From Camelus dromedarius (lineage: Eukaryota): a DNA stretch of 64,000 nucleotides. The position numbers and the translations under genes were made by a program. The stretch is taken from NCBI RefSeq assembly GCF_036321535.1, contig NC_087437.1:6572001-6636000 (forward strand), given 5' to 3'. Of the stretch, positions 24,643 through 36,632 are shown one piece after another; the first letter of the stretch is position 1; each line of letters begins with the position of its first letter. The notes beneath the pieces are model-generated. The model made no database searches and was not told where the DNA came from. It saw only the letters and a program-made list of their open reading frames with translations.

Positions 24643-25770
24643 AAATTCATTTAAAAATATTTCTTGAATCCCTGCCATGAATCAGACAATGTTTTAGGTG
24701 CTTAGGATACATAAGTGAAATGCAAATAAAGATCCCTGCCTTGTAGAGGGTTAAGTTGACATTAAACAACAAACATACCACACAAGTAAATGGTATAGTG
24801 TGTCAGAAGGTCATACGTGCAATGGAAAAAAAGAAAAATAAAGCAGAATAGAGGGGAAGGGCAGCTTGCAATTTTAAATAAGACAGGTTAGGCCTCACTG
24901 AGAAAGTGATATAAGAGCAAAGAATGAAACGAGAGACTTAGCTGGTGGAGATCTGGGGGAGGAGCATTCCCAGCTGAAGGAATAGCAAGTGCGAGGGTCC
25001 AAAGAGATCGTGGTGGAACGCAGGGGAAGGCGGGGATGAAGTGAGTCTAGGGAGGTAACTGGAGGCCAGATTAAAGGGCCTTGTAGACTATTAGAGGATT
25101 TTGGTTTTTCCTCTGAGTGAAATGGGAGCCACTGGAGGGTTCTGAGCTGAGAGGTGACACAATCTGACTTACCTTCTCAAAGAATCACTCTGGCTGCTGT
25201 GTTGAGAACAGGCATAGGGCAAGGCTGGAGGCAGAGAGACCCAGGAAGCGGCAGTTACAGTCATCCAGGCAAGAGATGAAGGTGGCTTGCACGCGGAGGT
25301 GACAGTGGAGGTGGTGAAGAGTGGTTGGATTCTAGAAATATTTTGAAGGTTCAGCCAACAGGATTTGCTAACAGTGTAGGCACGGGTTATGAGAGAAAGG
25401 GAGGCATCTAAGATGATACTGACAGAAAGGAGTCGTCACCAACTGATAGGAAGACTGTGGTGACGTAGCTTTGAGAAACAAAGGACAGGAGTTTTGGATG
25501 TGCTGGATTTAGACTACTGGTGATAATATTGAATAGACAGTTAATGTTCAGAACAGAAATCTGGGGGAGATTTTAAATTAGGGAGTAATTAGCATAGAGG
25601 TGGTATTTAAAAGCCAGTGAGTGAGAAGAGGACGACTGTGACATTAGGCGTCAGGTGGGTGGGGGAGGGAGGACCAGAAAGAGAGATGGGGACAAAACCG
25701 CCACCAGTGAACTAGGAGAGGAACAAGAGAATGGGGTCCTGGAGCCAAATGGAAGTGTTACATGACTTTT
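24643..25770 (-). mobile_element. L2 (L2a/b-type), about 1.1 kb
   Basis: attcatttaaaaatatttcttgaat...ggcctcactgagaaagtgat...gggagccactggagggttctgagc...atccaggcaagagatgaaggtggctt. Confidence 0.88.
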
Positions 25771-26035
25771 TAAATACACTGCTGTAAATGTGTACTTTTC
25801 GAAGTTTCGATGAACACAAGTTAAAAATGGTGATTACTGAATTTGTTTCCCAATGTATACATTTTATAGTAACAAAAAATCTGTTCAGAGGAGAACTCTC
25901 TGATCATTTCCAACCCCAATTAATTCGTAAATCGAGATTTATAGGATTTAAATGTGAATGTTTAAGCCTGGCTTCTGTGTGGGTCACACCTCTGCAGGTT
26001 TTCATTCTCCTGGAGAGGGAGAGAGGGAGAGTTAA

Positions 26036-26099
26036 TTCCTTCCTTCCTTCCTTCCTTCCTTCCTTCCTTCCTTCCTTCCTTCCTTCCTTCCTCTCTTTC

Positions 26100-26198
<99 letters not shown>

Positions 26199-26240
26199 CT
26201 CCCTCTCCCCCTCCCTCCCTCCCTTCCCTCCCTCCTTTCT
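26036..26240. repeat. Compound (TTCC)n(TTTC)n polypyrimidine microsatellite forming the tail of the adjacent L1
   Basis: Direct reading. Abuts the L1 terminus at 26240. Confidence 0.95.
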
Positions 26241-26760
26241 TTTTTAATTTAAGTGTAGTCGGTTTACAATGTTGTGGTAATTTCTGGTGTACGGCATAGT
26301 GATTCAGTTATACAAATACATGTATACATATATTCCTTTCCATATTCTTTTTCATTATAGGCTATTACAAGATATCGAATATAGTTCCCTGTGCTGTACA
26401 GTAGGACTTTGTTGTTTATCTATTTTATATATAGTAGTGTGTATCTGCAGATTCTGAACTCCTAATTTATCCCTCCACCCCACTTTCCCCCTGGTAACCA
26501 CAAGTTTGTTTCTATGTCTGTGAGTCTTTTTCTGTTTTGTAAATAAGTTTATTTGTATCATTTTTTAAGATTCCACAGATAAGTGGTATTATATGGTATT
26601 TTTCTTTTGCTTTCTGAGTTACTTCACTTAGTATGACAGTCTCCAGGTCCATCCATGTTGCTGCAAATGGCGTTATTTTATTTATTTATTTTGTTTAGGT
26701 TGCTTCCATGTCTTGGCTATTGTAAATAGTGCTGCTATGAGCATTGAAGGGCACATATCT
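26240..26760 (-). mobile_element. Young L1 3' end (type B-related), 5'-truncated, with internal deletion near 26700
   Basis: aagtgtagtcggtttacaatgttgtg...atagttccctgtgctgtacagtagga...ggctattgtaaatagtgctgctatgagcatt. Confidence 0.9.
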
Positions 26761-27094
26761 GAGTCAGAGAACAGTCTCTTCTTTGTCTTTGCTGGGGCTC
26801 CCATTACCTTGGGACTGGCCGAGACTTCTGGCCTCCCTCTTCCCCATTTGAGGTCTTTTCATTGTTTCTGTTGTGATGAAAAGGACTTCCTAGAGAAAGA
26901 ACGTATAGGAAGTTGATAGCCCTATTCTCATTGGCTACTTAGCCTGGGTCTGCACTTTGATAGGTTTCAAGATAGTTTTTCTAACTGCCCTGTCATTTTC
27001 GTGTATGGCACTGGGTTGAGTGGCATATTTCTAGGTTCTCAGCTGAATTTTATCAAAGGGACCATGTCATTTTTGCAACTTCCTGCTATCATCC

Positions 27095-27155
27095 CACTCT
27101 CCCTCCCCTCAACCTGGCACATTGTAGGTATTCGGTAAATATTTGTTCATTTGAG
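27095..27155 (+). mobile_element. L2 3' terminus fragment
   Basis: cctggcacattgtaggtattcggtaaatatttgttcatttgagt. Confidence 0.6.
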
Positions 27156-29099
27156 TCGGAAGATTCAGCCCCTAACATGGCAGACACAGCACTTTCAAAA
27201 CAACAGAAGATTTTATTTTAAAAATTATCAACTTTTGGGAGCGAGTTGTTGCTTTAAAATTACACATACATATATGTATAAACATTATGGTAAAGCATAC
27301 CTAAATTACAAATTATTACCTCAAAAAATTTAAAGTGGTTTATCCCTGTTGGTTTTCCTTCCCACTAAAGTCATCATCTGTTCACAGAGTACCATTAGCA
27401 GCTGAAAAGACATGGCAGGGAATTGAACAAATTGAACATTCATCGCAGACAGATTTTCTCCTTCTGTGTGTGTGGATTGGACATGACTGTGAACAGTTGG
27501 AGGTCAGACCATCACTAATATGTATAAAACTTTTGATGTTAATTTACCATTAAAAAATATAATAATTTTTGGCAGAGGTGCGAATAGCCTCATCTTGCCT
27601 AAAGCTTTATTTCCCGTGACACACAGAAAGCTAAAATCCACACTGGGCCAATTTGAAAAGCAAGTCAACTTTTTCTTTATTAAAGCCCTATTTTGTTTCT
27701 GAGAGAAAGTACACTTATGAGTTTCATTTTCTCTCACTAAGAAGGCCCTTGCAAAAGACTGGAATGATCAATGAAGAAAAACAGGGATGGTATGGATAAG
27801 ATGCAAGTGTCCTGTTTCGGCAGCATTTGATGGGCTTCCCAGACCCGGTCCCTAAGTGGCCATTTTGACTGTGTGTACTCAACGTGAAGCAAACGTCTTG
27901 TCAAGGAACATGAGGACATGTACGGTGATGAATGGTGATGCCGTAGCATGTTAGTAGACCGGACTTCTAAAAAGAATAACCTTTTCTTCAATAGCTGTAA
28001 ATTGTATGTCTCTACTGTTAAGTGGTAGGTTAGGGGTTAGGGATAGGGTTGAGGTTAGGAGGCAGCTGGAGTAAGGAAAGAAGAGAGAAATACTGAGTTA
28101 AAAGTCTCTTCACAGCCTAGAAATGGGCTACGGAACGGTGTTGAACATCTTCTCTATCTCCCGGTAGCCAAGCTACCCCAGGAGATTAAATACTGTTTCT
28201 AAGTGGAACGGCGTATTGTGGAGTGCTTGCTTTATGTGGTATATGCATTTATAAAGAAAGAAAATAAAAGAAAGGAATTTTATTTTATTAGTGCAACACA
28301 ACACAATTATTTTTGACACGTTGACATGTGAGATAAGATGACATTGATACATCTTCTCTGAATAAACCTCCTTTTTGCTGGCGTTGCTGAAAGTGCTTAA
28401 ACCACCTGCTCTTGGTTTCTTGTCTCTTCTCTTTGTTTCAGTGGATAGCCGTTAATTTTGCAGACTGGTGTTGGCTTTTAATATGATGTTAGTGATAAAT
28501 GAAATGAAATGAAATGAAATAAATCTTTTTAAGATTTAAGAGGGACAGTCCTGAGACAAAGCAGGCATTAAATTAGCATTTACTGTTGATTTTCTTGATT
28601 TTTTTTTTCTCGATAGTAGAGTTACAGTTTCAGGTGAACTAGCACTGTGAACTCCTCAAGGGAAAACATCTAAAAGCATCTCTCCTCGACGATGCTCTGT
28701 TTAAGTGGACTTAGATGCCATTAAACAATTAAAAAAATCCTAAAAACGGACTGTGGAATGATATTTGGCAGGATTTCAGAGGCTGTGGTGACAGTCAACC
28801 CAGGGAGGTGCTTGTGTCTTTTTTTCACAGTAAGCATGTGGGACCAAGTCACAAGTGTTTGTTATTGCGCTCCTGGCCACTAAATATAAGTGCCTGTGAA
28901 TACAGGTCACTCTTCTTTGAACCCCAGCCTTCAGCCTTCTGTTTATATAATTAGCACCACATAAATGATATTAATTCGCCATTCAAATATTAGTTTTTTG
29001 ACAGATGTGTCAAGCTGGTCTTTTCAAAAGCTTTATTTTTCATGATCCATGTAGATATAAAATCTATATAGTGATAAATTTCAGTTTGAAAAGCAAATA

Positions 29100-29560
29100 A
29101 TCTTTTCTATAATACTGTTATCAAGGGCCCAGCCCTGGGCCAGATGTTGTGGAAAATAAAAAAATCTAGAAGTCAAGACCCCTTCCTCCAAGGAGACCAC
29201 CAGGGTATAAGTAATACTGACATCAGCACTACTAACTGACGAGCAGTCTAATGAGATGCTGAGCTACAAGGTAGTGCCCAGAAATGGTGGATGAACTTGG
29301 GAAAAACAAAGGTCTCTGAGAAAGTCCTATAACTTCCTCAGACTGAGCCTTGGAAAAGAGCCTTGGTGGAGAAAATCAGTGAGGAAGAGGAATAACTCAA
29401 GCAAAAGCACCATGACGGGAAGGGATAATAAAATGAGAGTCACGAGTGTGGTATGGTGTTTGGTCCATCGTAGGGAGTGATGAGGTTGTCATGGTTACCT
29501 GGAGTAACTTAGTGTTTTCTCAAGAATTGTGTAAGAATGGCATGGTAGGATCTTGAGAGC
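29100..29560 (-). mobile_element. Degenerate L2 fragment
   Basis: gccagatgttgtggaaaat...ccccttcctccaaggag...gactgagccttggaaaa, antisense L2 pattern. Confidence 0.45.
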
Positions 29561-31226
29561 TTGTCCTTCTGTTTTATTTATCAATCATTCAGATATTCCA
29601 CCAAAGAAACATTAATATACAAGAAGTCATGTAAGAAGAGTTAAGAAGACTTTCATGTTTGACCTTGGCATCTACTAATCTGGATTTTGAAAAGGAAAAC
29701 AAGATCCTGGTAATATCCCTATTAATAAATAAAATGTCTTTGATGTTCATATTGAAAGCCTTGCATACAAGGCTTTTAGATTCACTCATCTTCTATGAGA
29801 CCTGGAATGAAGTAACGAAATCAACATCCTCCCCACGATGACAGGAGATGCTGCATTTTCTCACCAAAAATACACCATGTTTGAGCTTTTCTGGTTGACA
29901 AGTCTGAGCATTCCTTTGAGAAGGACAATGATGGGTCTGCCTCCACGTCCTCCTTTATTTTCTTCTTCCTTCCTCATCCTTCATCTAATGTGAACACATA
30001 CAAGGAATCTTCCCATCCACCCCTTTTTCCTGATACCTGATGTTTCAAGAAATCATGGAGTTTGGTGGTGTATTTCACTTCTTCTGGCATGTTAATGCTC
30101 CACTTTCCTTACAGTTTTCCCGGTTGAATAACCACAGAAAAACGTCCTGACAAACGGAGCCTTGGATCTTTGAGAGCCTCTCACAAATCTCCAGGGTCGC
30201 AATGGCTTATTCAACTCATAACTGAGATGGTACCTCCGGCTAGCCCACCACATCCCCTAGAATTTCTTCTGGAAACCAGATAAAGGCAAATCATAAGAGG
30301 GAGGTCAAAAATGCAAGTTGAGTGACGTGTGTGAAGCCAGCTGTCAGCTCAGTTGCAATATGTGACTACAAGATGTAGACGCGAAACAGAAGGAGAGCTG
30401 GCCACGTTCGCCTTGTGAAAAAAAATGGACCGTGTGCACGAAGAGCATTTTTTTTTTTCTGAAAAAGGAAAATAGGAGGAATGGTTCTGAGAGTTGGATC
30501 TGGTCTTTTCTTTTTGCAGGAATTCTGTTGTCCCTTCAGAAAATATAAAAGCCATTCCAAGGCACATTGGCACCCGCATGGCTCTGCCGCCTTCTCTTGG
30601 CACTGCCTCCTCCTTTTGCTGGCAGGACGGAGCATGGACCTCTTTCGCCTCATCCTCTGTTGTTTTCTGCACCGGAGCCAAGCATTGTGGCTACTCGCAA
30701 GGCAGGGCTGGCAGCTGAAGGACCCAGATGCCAAGCTCTGGACTGGACTTCTGTTCGGTTTGTGGCTGGTCCCTTCCCTGGCATCTGCCCTGGCTTTGCA
30801 GCAGCCTGTGTCCCCGTCTGCAGAGCTGGGCTCAGGATTAGGCTTCTGTTGGCTCCTGTGGATGTTCGGTCACTGTTTCCCTTTTGAATTATCCTTGATT
30901 ATGAGGAATGTGTCTTTATGACACATTCCTCCCCAGGCACCTGCCTTGGGTGATGTGCCCTCACCACTAAAAAGGGGGTTTTCTCTCAAATTACTGACCA
31001 TTGTGAGCAAGAAAGCTTGTGGAATGGGAACATTCTTCAGGTAGGAAGATGTGAAATGAAATACAACAGCTTGTATTTTAGACACAAACTCTTATTTTCA
31101 TCTGAATAATCGGAGAGATTCCGGATGAAGTTAAACAAAGAGAAAAACAAAACCAAAAAAAAAAAAAAAAAAATCCCAGGAACATAAGAAATTCCAGAAA
31201 GCTCTTCTTTCTTTTTCACTTCCTTT

Positions 31227-31733
31227 TATAATAGGGAAGAACAAATCTGAATCCATATGAGATCCATTCCTTTGGCTGTAACCCTGTGCTCTGTTTCCTG
31301 GGCTAAGTCATGCTGGTTCTGCACCTTTTGTAAAAGAATGTTGCCTAGAGCCTGAAATATACAAGCCAGCCCATTCTCGAGGCTCTGACCTTTAAGGGTA
31401 GAACACTTTTCTATTCAGACAGAGATAAAAAGTTGCAGAACGAGAATAACATTTGTCTTGTTGGAGGTTTGCAGGAACACCACAACCTGACCTATATCAA
31501 CAGCTGCAAGAACTAAGGATTCCGACACCAAGAACCAACACACCCCCTCCTCTTTTCAGTATAAAATGAGCCTGAATTCTGACTTGGGGAAGATGGTTTT
31601 ACAGGACATTAGTCCCCCATCTTATTGGTTTGCTGGCTTTCCAAATAAAGTCATTATCCCTTGCCCCAAAACCTTGTCTCCTGATATACTGTCCTGTTGT
31701 GTGGTGAGCAGAATGAGTTTGGACTCGGTAACA
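31227..31733 (+). mobile_element. ERV1 solo LTR, MER41-like
   Basis: About 507 bp, ends ggactcggtaaCA, starts TAtaataggg (probably decayed TG). 4-bp TSD cttt at 31223-31226 and 31734-31737. TATAAAA at about 31560, AATAAA at about 31644. Confidence 0.85.
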
Positions 31734-32404
31734 CTTTGACTTTTTGTCCCCACATAATGTCACTGTCTTTGACTGAGGAAGTTGATTTCATTTCCTTATG
31801 CAGAGGCTTTTGACTTGACAAAAGGGAGAGTGGATTCCCCAGGTTAGAGGATGTAGTAGATTTATGGAATTTATCAACAAATACACATTGGGTTTCATTC
31901 CCAGTGGGTGAGGAATATTGGGTCACATTTTGCTGGTGACGGAGTCAGGGCAGAGGCGGTCAGACAATAAGTCGGACTGCCCTTGATAGAACAAGAAATG
32001 AAAATCAACTTAAGAAGTTCACCAACTAGCAGGGAAGCTGAATATACCCACACGCAATCCAGAAATACTCACCTCTGGAATATCTTTGTACATTGAGGGG
32101 CTTCTGACATTTGTTCCTATTCTAGAATCTTTAGGTATTTGCCCTCCTTGTGACTAATCACTGTTCATCAGAATTATAGATACAGTACAAAGGGAAGGAT
32201 GAATTACAGCTAAACAGGAGATGCTTCGCTTTACACAGCACCGAGTCTAATGAACTTTCAGGAATTTGAGCAACCTTGGACCAAAGTCCCAAATCTGCAA
32301 TTCCATCAAACTGAATGGTTATTCACTGCTCACCTTCAGCAGCTGGAGAAGAAGTCTGTCCCAATGGCAATCTCTCCAGCTTCTTGAGATCTCCCTGAAA
32401 GCTG

Positions 32405-32605
32405 TCTTTGAAGTCAGACAGACCTGAATTCTAGTCTGTTCTACTTCATGACCTTGAGTAAATTCCCGAACCTCTTAAAGCAAAGCCTCAGTGTGCTCCT
32501 CTATAAAATGGGAGGATAACAGTGCCTATCTCCTGGGGTTGCTGTGAACGTTAGCAAACAAATTCATGGTACAATGTTTGGCACAGAGGAAGACCTACAT
32601 AGACG
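32405..32605 (+). mobile_element. MIR SINE
   Basis: tttgaagtcagacagacctgaattc...tgaccttgagtaa...gcctcagtgtgctcctctataaaatgggagga. Confidence 0.85.
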
Positions 32606-33154
32606 TTGGTGAGTGTTCAGATTTTCTGTAGGTTTGAGTGGAAAGAACAGCACCATCAATTGGCTTTCAGTGAGGGAGGACGACCTGGGATCTTGAGACC
32701 TTTGGGGCTACACGTAACATGGCTCCAGATGGGGCATACAATAACCCAGCGTTTGCTCGATGAAGCAGAGGGTAGGGTAAGCTTTAGGTTTACCCCCCCC
32801 CCGCTGCCCCCGAATGTATTATTATAGAAAGTTAAGCTGAGATATAGGCAGTTCATAAATTACTGTTAACATAGATATCTCCTGAGGTGGCTAACAGAGG
32901 AAATTTCAAACCTTAGTGTATAGGTACTGAGGAAATATTGTATTAAAGGAACACTTCCCAGATTTGGAACTGTGACCATTCCTTCATATCCGCCCCCCCC
33001 CCCCCCCCGGAAATAAACAGCTATTCACTTTGTCAGGTGACTGTAGCAGATGCAAAGCACACTGGGAAGAAGCAGTAGTGACTGAGTGAGATTTTAGTGT
33101 CCTTTGTGGGTTCTCGAAATGGGAGCCCACCTCTAAATCTAGAGAGTGAGTAGG

Positions 33155-33764
33155 CAGGGGATTGGCAGACTTTTTCTGTAAAGGGCCAAATGGTAAACAT
33201 CTCAGCTTTGCAGGTCTCTCAGAGTTGTGATGTGAAGCAGCCATAGATAATATGGAAGCAAGTGAATGGGCTGTGTTCCAAGAAAACTTTATTTAAAAAA
33301 CTTTTTAAATTATAGTTGATTTACAATGTTGTGTTGGTTTCCAGTGTACTGCAGTGATTCAGCTATACACACATACATTGTTTTTCATATTCTTTTCGTT
33401 ATAGTTTATTACAAGATACTGAATATAGCTCTCATGCTATACAGTAAGACCTTGCTTCTATTTTATATATAATAGTTTGTATCTGCAAATCCCAAACTCC
33501 CAATTTATTCCTTCCCCCTCCCCTTTGCTAACCATAAGTTTGTTTTCTATGCCTGTGAGTCTGTTCCTGTTTTGTAAATAAGTTCATTTGTGTCATTGTG
33601 TTTCAGATTTCACATATAAGTGATATCATATGATGTTTGTTTTTCTCTGTCTGACTTACTTCACTTAGTATGATAATCTCTAGGTCCACCAATAAAGCTT
33701 TATCTACCAAACCAGATGGTGGCCGGATTTGGTCCATCTACGGGCCATAGTTGGCTGATCTCTG
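33155..33764. mobile_element. MER58A hAT MITE, split by an L1 insertion
   Basis: cagggg..ggcagactttttctgtaaagggcca...gtgttccaagaaaactttatt[L1]...gggccatagttggctgatctctg. Confidence 0.85.
33296..33688 (-). mobile_element. L1 3' end (type B), 5'-truncated, nested in MER58A
   Basis: tatagttgatttacaatgttgtgttgg... Degenerate 18-bp TSD ccaagaaaactttattta (33278-33295) and ccaataaagctttatcta (33689-33706). Confidence 0.9.
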
Positions 33765-33959
33765 GCAGAAGGGACTGAAAATGTGATGAATCAATATTCA
33801 GAATGTTATTTTATAATCAACTTTTAGAGAGGTCACACATTCCCTAAATAAGGCATCTCTCACTTCTTATTTCTTTCTGGTTAACAGTTCATTGAACTAA
33901 GATGAGTGAGGATTTTATTTTAAGGTATGTGGAGAAAAGGATCAGGGACGATGCGCGTG

Positions 33960-34235
33960 GGGGCCAAACTCCAGGGCTAGACCTACGTGAGGAGCAGGTA
34001 GTAATAAGCCAGTAAGGACGGGATGGGTGCGCTGGGAGTTACAGAAGGAGCGCATACTCTGTTCCAGCTGAGTACTGCCACAGAGATTTTGGCCCCAATG
34101 TTCCAGGTACTCCAATCTTTCAAAAGAAGTCAGAAACCTGATAAAATCTCTTGATTTTTAAATACGTATTGACTTACTAGTTTTAAAAACATGGTGCTGA
34201 TATGTAGCATGCAGGCTGGTGGTTTTTGACCTTGG
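33960..34235. mobile_element. MER103C-like hAT-Charlie element
   Basis: ggccccaatgttccag...ctttcaaaagaagtcagaaacctg...aaatctcttgatttttaaat. Similar to the copy at 63.2-63.6 kb. Confidence 0.65.
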
Positions 34236-36410
34236 CTTTCTGTCCACAGATCACCCCTGGAATACTGCTAATTGCTTTGAAATGGGGCCAGAGGTTTTTC
34301 CAGAGCTAGTCTGAATTTTTACAAAATTTTTACAAAAACTGATCCGATTTATGCCTGTTTCCTTCAAGTCACCCCTCTATTTCAAATCTCTACCCCGAAG
34401 TAGCACCACAAAACTCTGTCTGACCGTATGCACAAGGTATGCCAAACATGCCCACTGAAATTCTGACTCTAGAAAGTCATTAGAATTTGAACAGCCCAAA
34501 GGAAAGGGTAAGACTTGGCAGCTCGTCCATTACGTTGAAGATTTATGAACAACCAACCTAGAAAATTTAGAGAGAAATCAGTCCACGCTGGGTCTGAAAT
34601 TGTCCAGCTCTGTTTGAATATGCTAAATCCGCCCTTATCTCATCCCTGCTCTTCGTGTTGGCAGATTTAGTTCTATGATTCAATAGAAACCGTTCCCTTT
34701 TCCTAATATTAAAACCTCATTTTGCTCTAAACTCTAATAATTTGAGACTTTTTTTTTCCTGAGTCAGATATAAACAGAAATTACCTTTTCATCACTTGCA
34801 GGTTTAATTCCCTAGCTTTAATGAACTCCTTAAAAATAAATTGGATAGATTAGATAAAACTTGTATTGTTTGGGTTTGACAATCTCAAACTGCATTATTG
34901 TGGAAATATTTGGGAGTACGAGCTGTAATTTTAACGTCCCTGTGGCTAATCCCGTAGGCATTAATCTATTTGGAATTCATCTGTCCTGAAACCATCTGAA
35001 AATTCTTTTGTGGAATGAAACTCACATGCTAGAAGTCTATGTAGACTTTTAAACACGACATCTTTTTTTTCTTTTTCTATTTTAGCAGCAATTCTCCCAG
35101 AAATAGTCTATTGTGCCTGACAAAATGTATCCAATCCTGGACTTGAAAAGGTTCCACCCATATTTGTAACTCTGTGACCCTGAGGTCCAAATTGGTATTG
35201 TACTTTTTGAAAACGCACTCTTGGACCTTTAATAAGAACTTATTGGTAATTAGCACCCTAGCCTGGGCCTATATTTTGGGTTGTCAAAATAAAAATAAAA
35301 ATCAAGTGGCATCTGTTGTTCTGGAAAAAACCAAACCGATTATACACACTTAGCTCTGCATTTTAGAAATTCTTAAGTTAATCCCATTTTAGTGTTCTGG
35401 AGGAAGGTGCAAGGGAATGAAATGATCCCATGAAATCCTTGTGTTCCATAAGGTGTCTTGAAGTTTGATTGGATATTAACTAAAAGATTGTTTTGTTTCT
35501 CTTTTATAGCAGGAGATGCAATGTGTTCATTTTATAACATCTCCACTGTTTGGAATAAATCACCAAGGACAGATGCTCATCACATTTTGGTTCAATAAAA
35601 TTCTTTGCAGAGTCTGAACAGATCTATGGCTAGTTGCTTTAGGTCTCTGTCCAGGCCATTATTTGTTTGGAAAATCAAATTCACAGAACAAAACAGAGTT
35701 ACATCAAAGACATAAAAATTAATATTGTGCCTGCGATCTGGTGTGTTTGTTGCTATTTTTTTTTGGCAGAGATCTACCTATAGGACTCTACCTTCAGTTT
35801 CATAAATTCCACCTTTATAAATGTCATCGACCCACCTCTTCATCTCCCGTTCTAAAACAGTACAGTGAATCTATTTCCTGCCGTTAGGTCTTCTAGTATA
35901 ACCATTCTAAAGGCTCTCGGCAGAAAAATTTGCCAGTGCTCTTGAAGAAGTGCTAAAATTCCTCGTTCAGTCTTCTCTGGGGCGACAAATGGGTTTTCAA
36001 TAAGCAAAACCGAGGCATTTATTTTAAATGAGTATGCGTGGGCAGCAAAACTGTTGGTGAGCTTTGGACAGCTTTCATGTGCTGCATGGCACTTCTCTTG
36101 GATTTTTTATTTAAAAAAAAAATCAGGAAGACATAATCTCCTGACTTGCCAAAATTCGACTTTTTTTTTTTTTTTTTTTTTAAAGAGGAGGAGAAATTTG
36201 AGCTTCAGGAGTTGTCACTGTACAACTTCAGTTGATATTTTCTTGAAGAAGTTTCATATGGTTTAATTTATTTATCCAAGAGGGGAGGTGATAAACAGTG
36301 GAGACTTTCCATACCGGTGTGTAAGGCAAAAATGTGCATTTTACCAAACATTCGTAAATGCATGTCCTTGCGTTTGACAAAGCTTCACTAGTCTCCTGAG
36401 AAAACATTAA

Positions 36411-36434
36411 GTGTGTGTGTGTGTGTGTGTGTGT
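36411..36434. repeat. (GT)n microsatellite
   Basis: Direct reading. Confidence 0.95.
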
Positions 36435-36469
36435 AAGAGCAAAAGATAGGCATAAATTGGGAATTGAAA

Positions 36470-36632
36470 ATTTTGACCTCTTGGGGAGTGATGGAAATGT
36501 TAACTATCTTCTTTGTGGTGGTGGTTTCATGGGGGTATTCATCTATCCAAATCCACAAATTGTACATCTGAAATATGCATAGTTTACTGTGCAGGAAATC
36601 ATACCCTAATAAAGGTGTTAAAAAATAAAAAG
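36470..36632 (+). mobile_element. Old L1M 3' terminus
   Basis: gtgatggaaatgtt...gtggtggtggtttcatggg...cataccctaataaaggtgttaaaaaataaaa. Confidence 0.8.

Noticed and set aside
25788..26252. 154-aa ORF with LPSF/FLSF repeats (and the similar ORF at 43149-43436)
   Set aside because: Artefact of stop-free pyrimidine microsatellites.
34314..34337. 11-bp tandem aatttttacaa x2
   Set aside because: Short and low-complexity.
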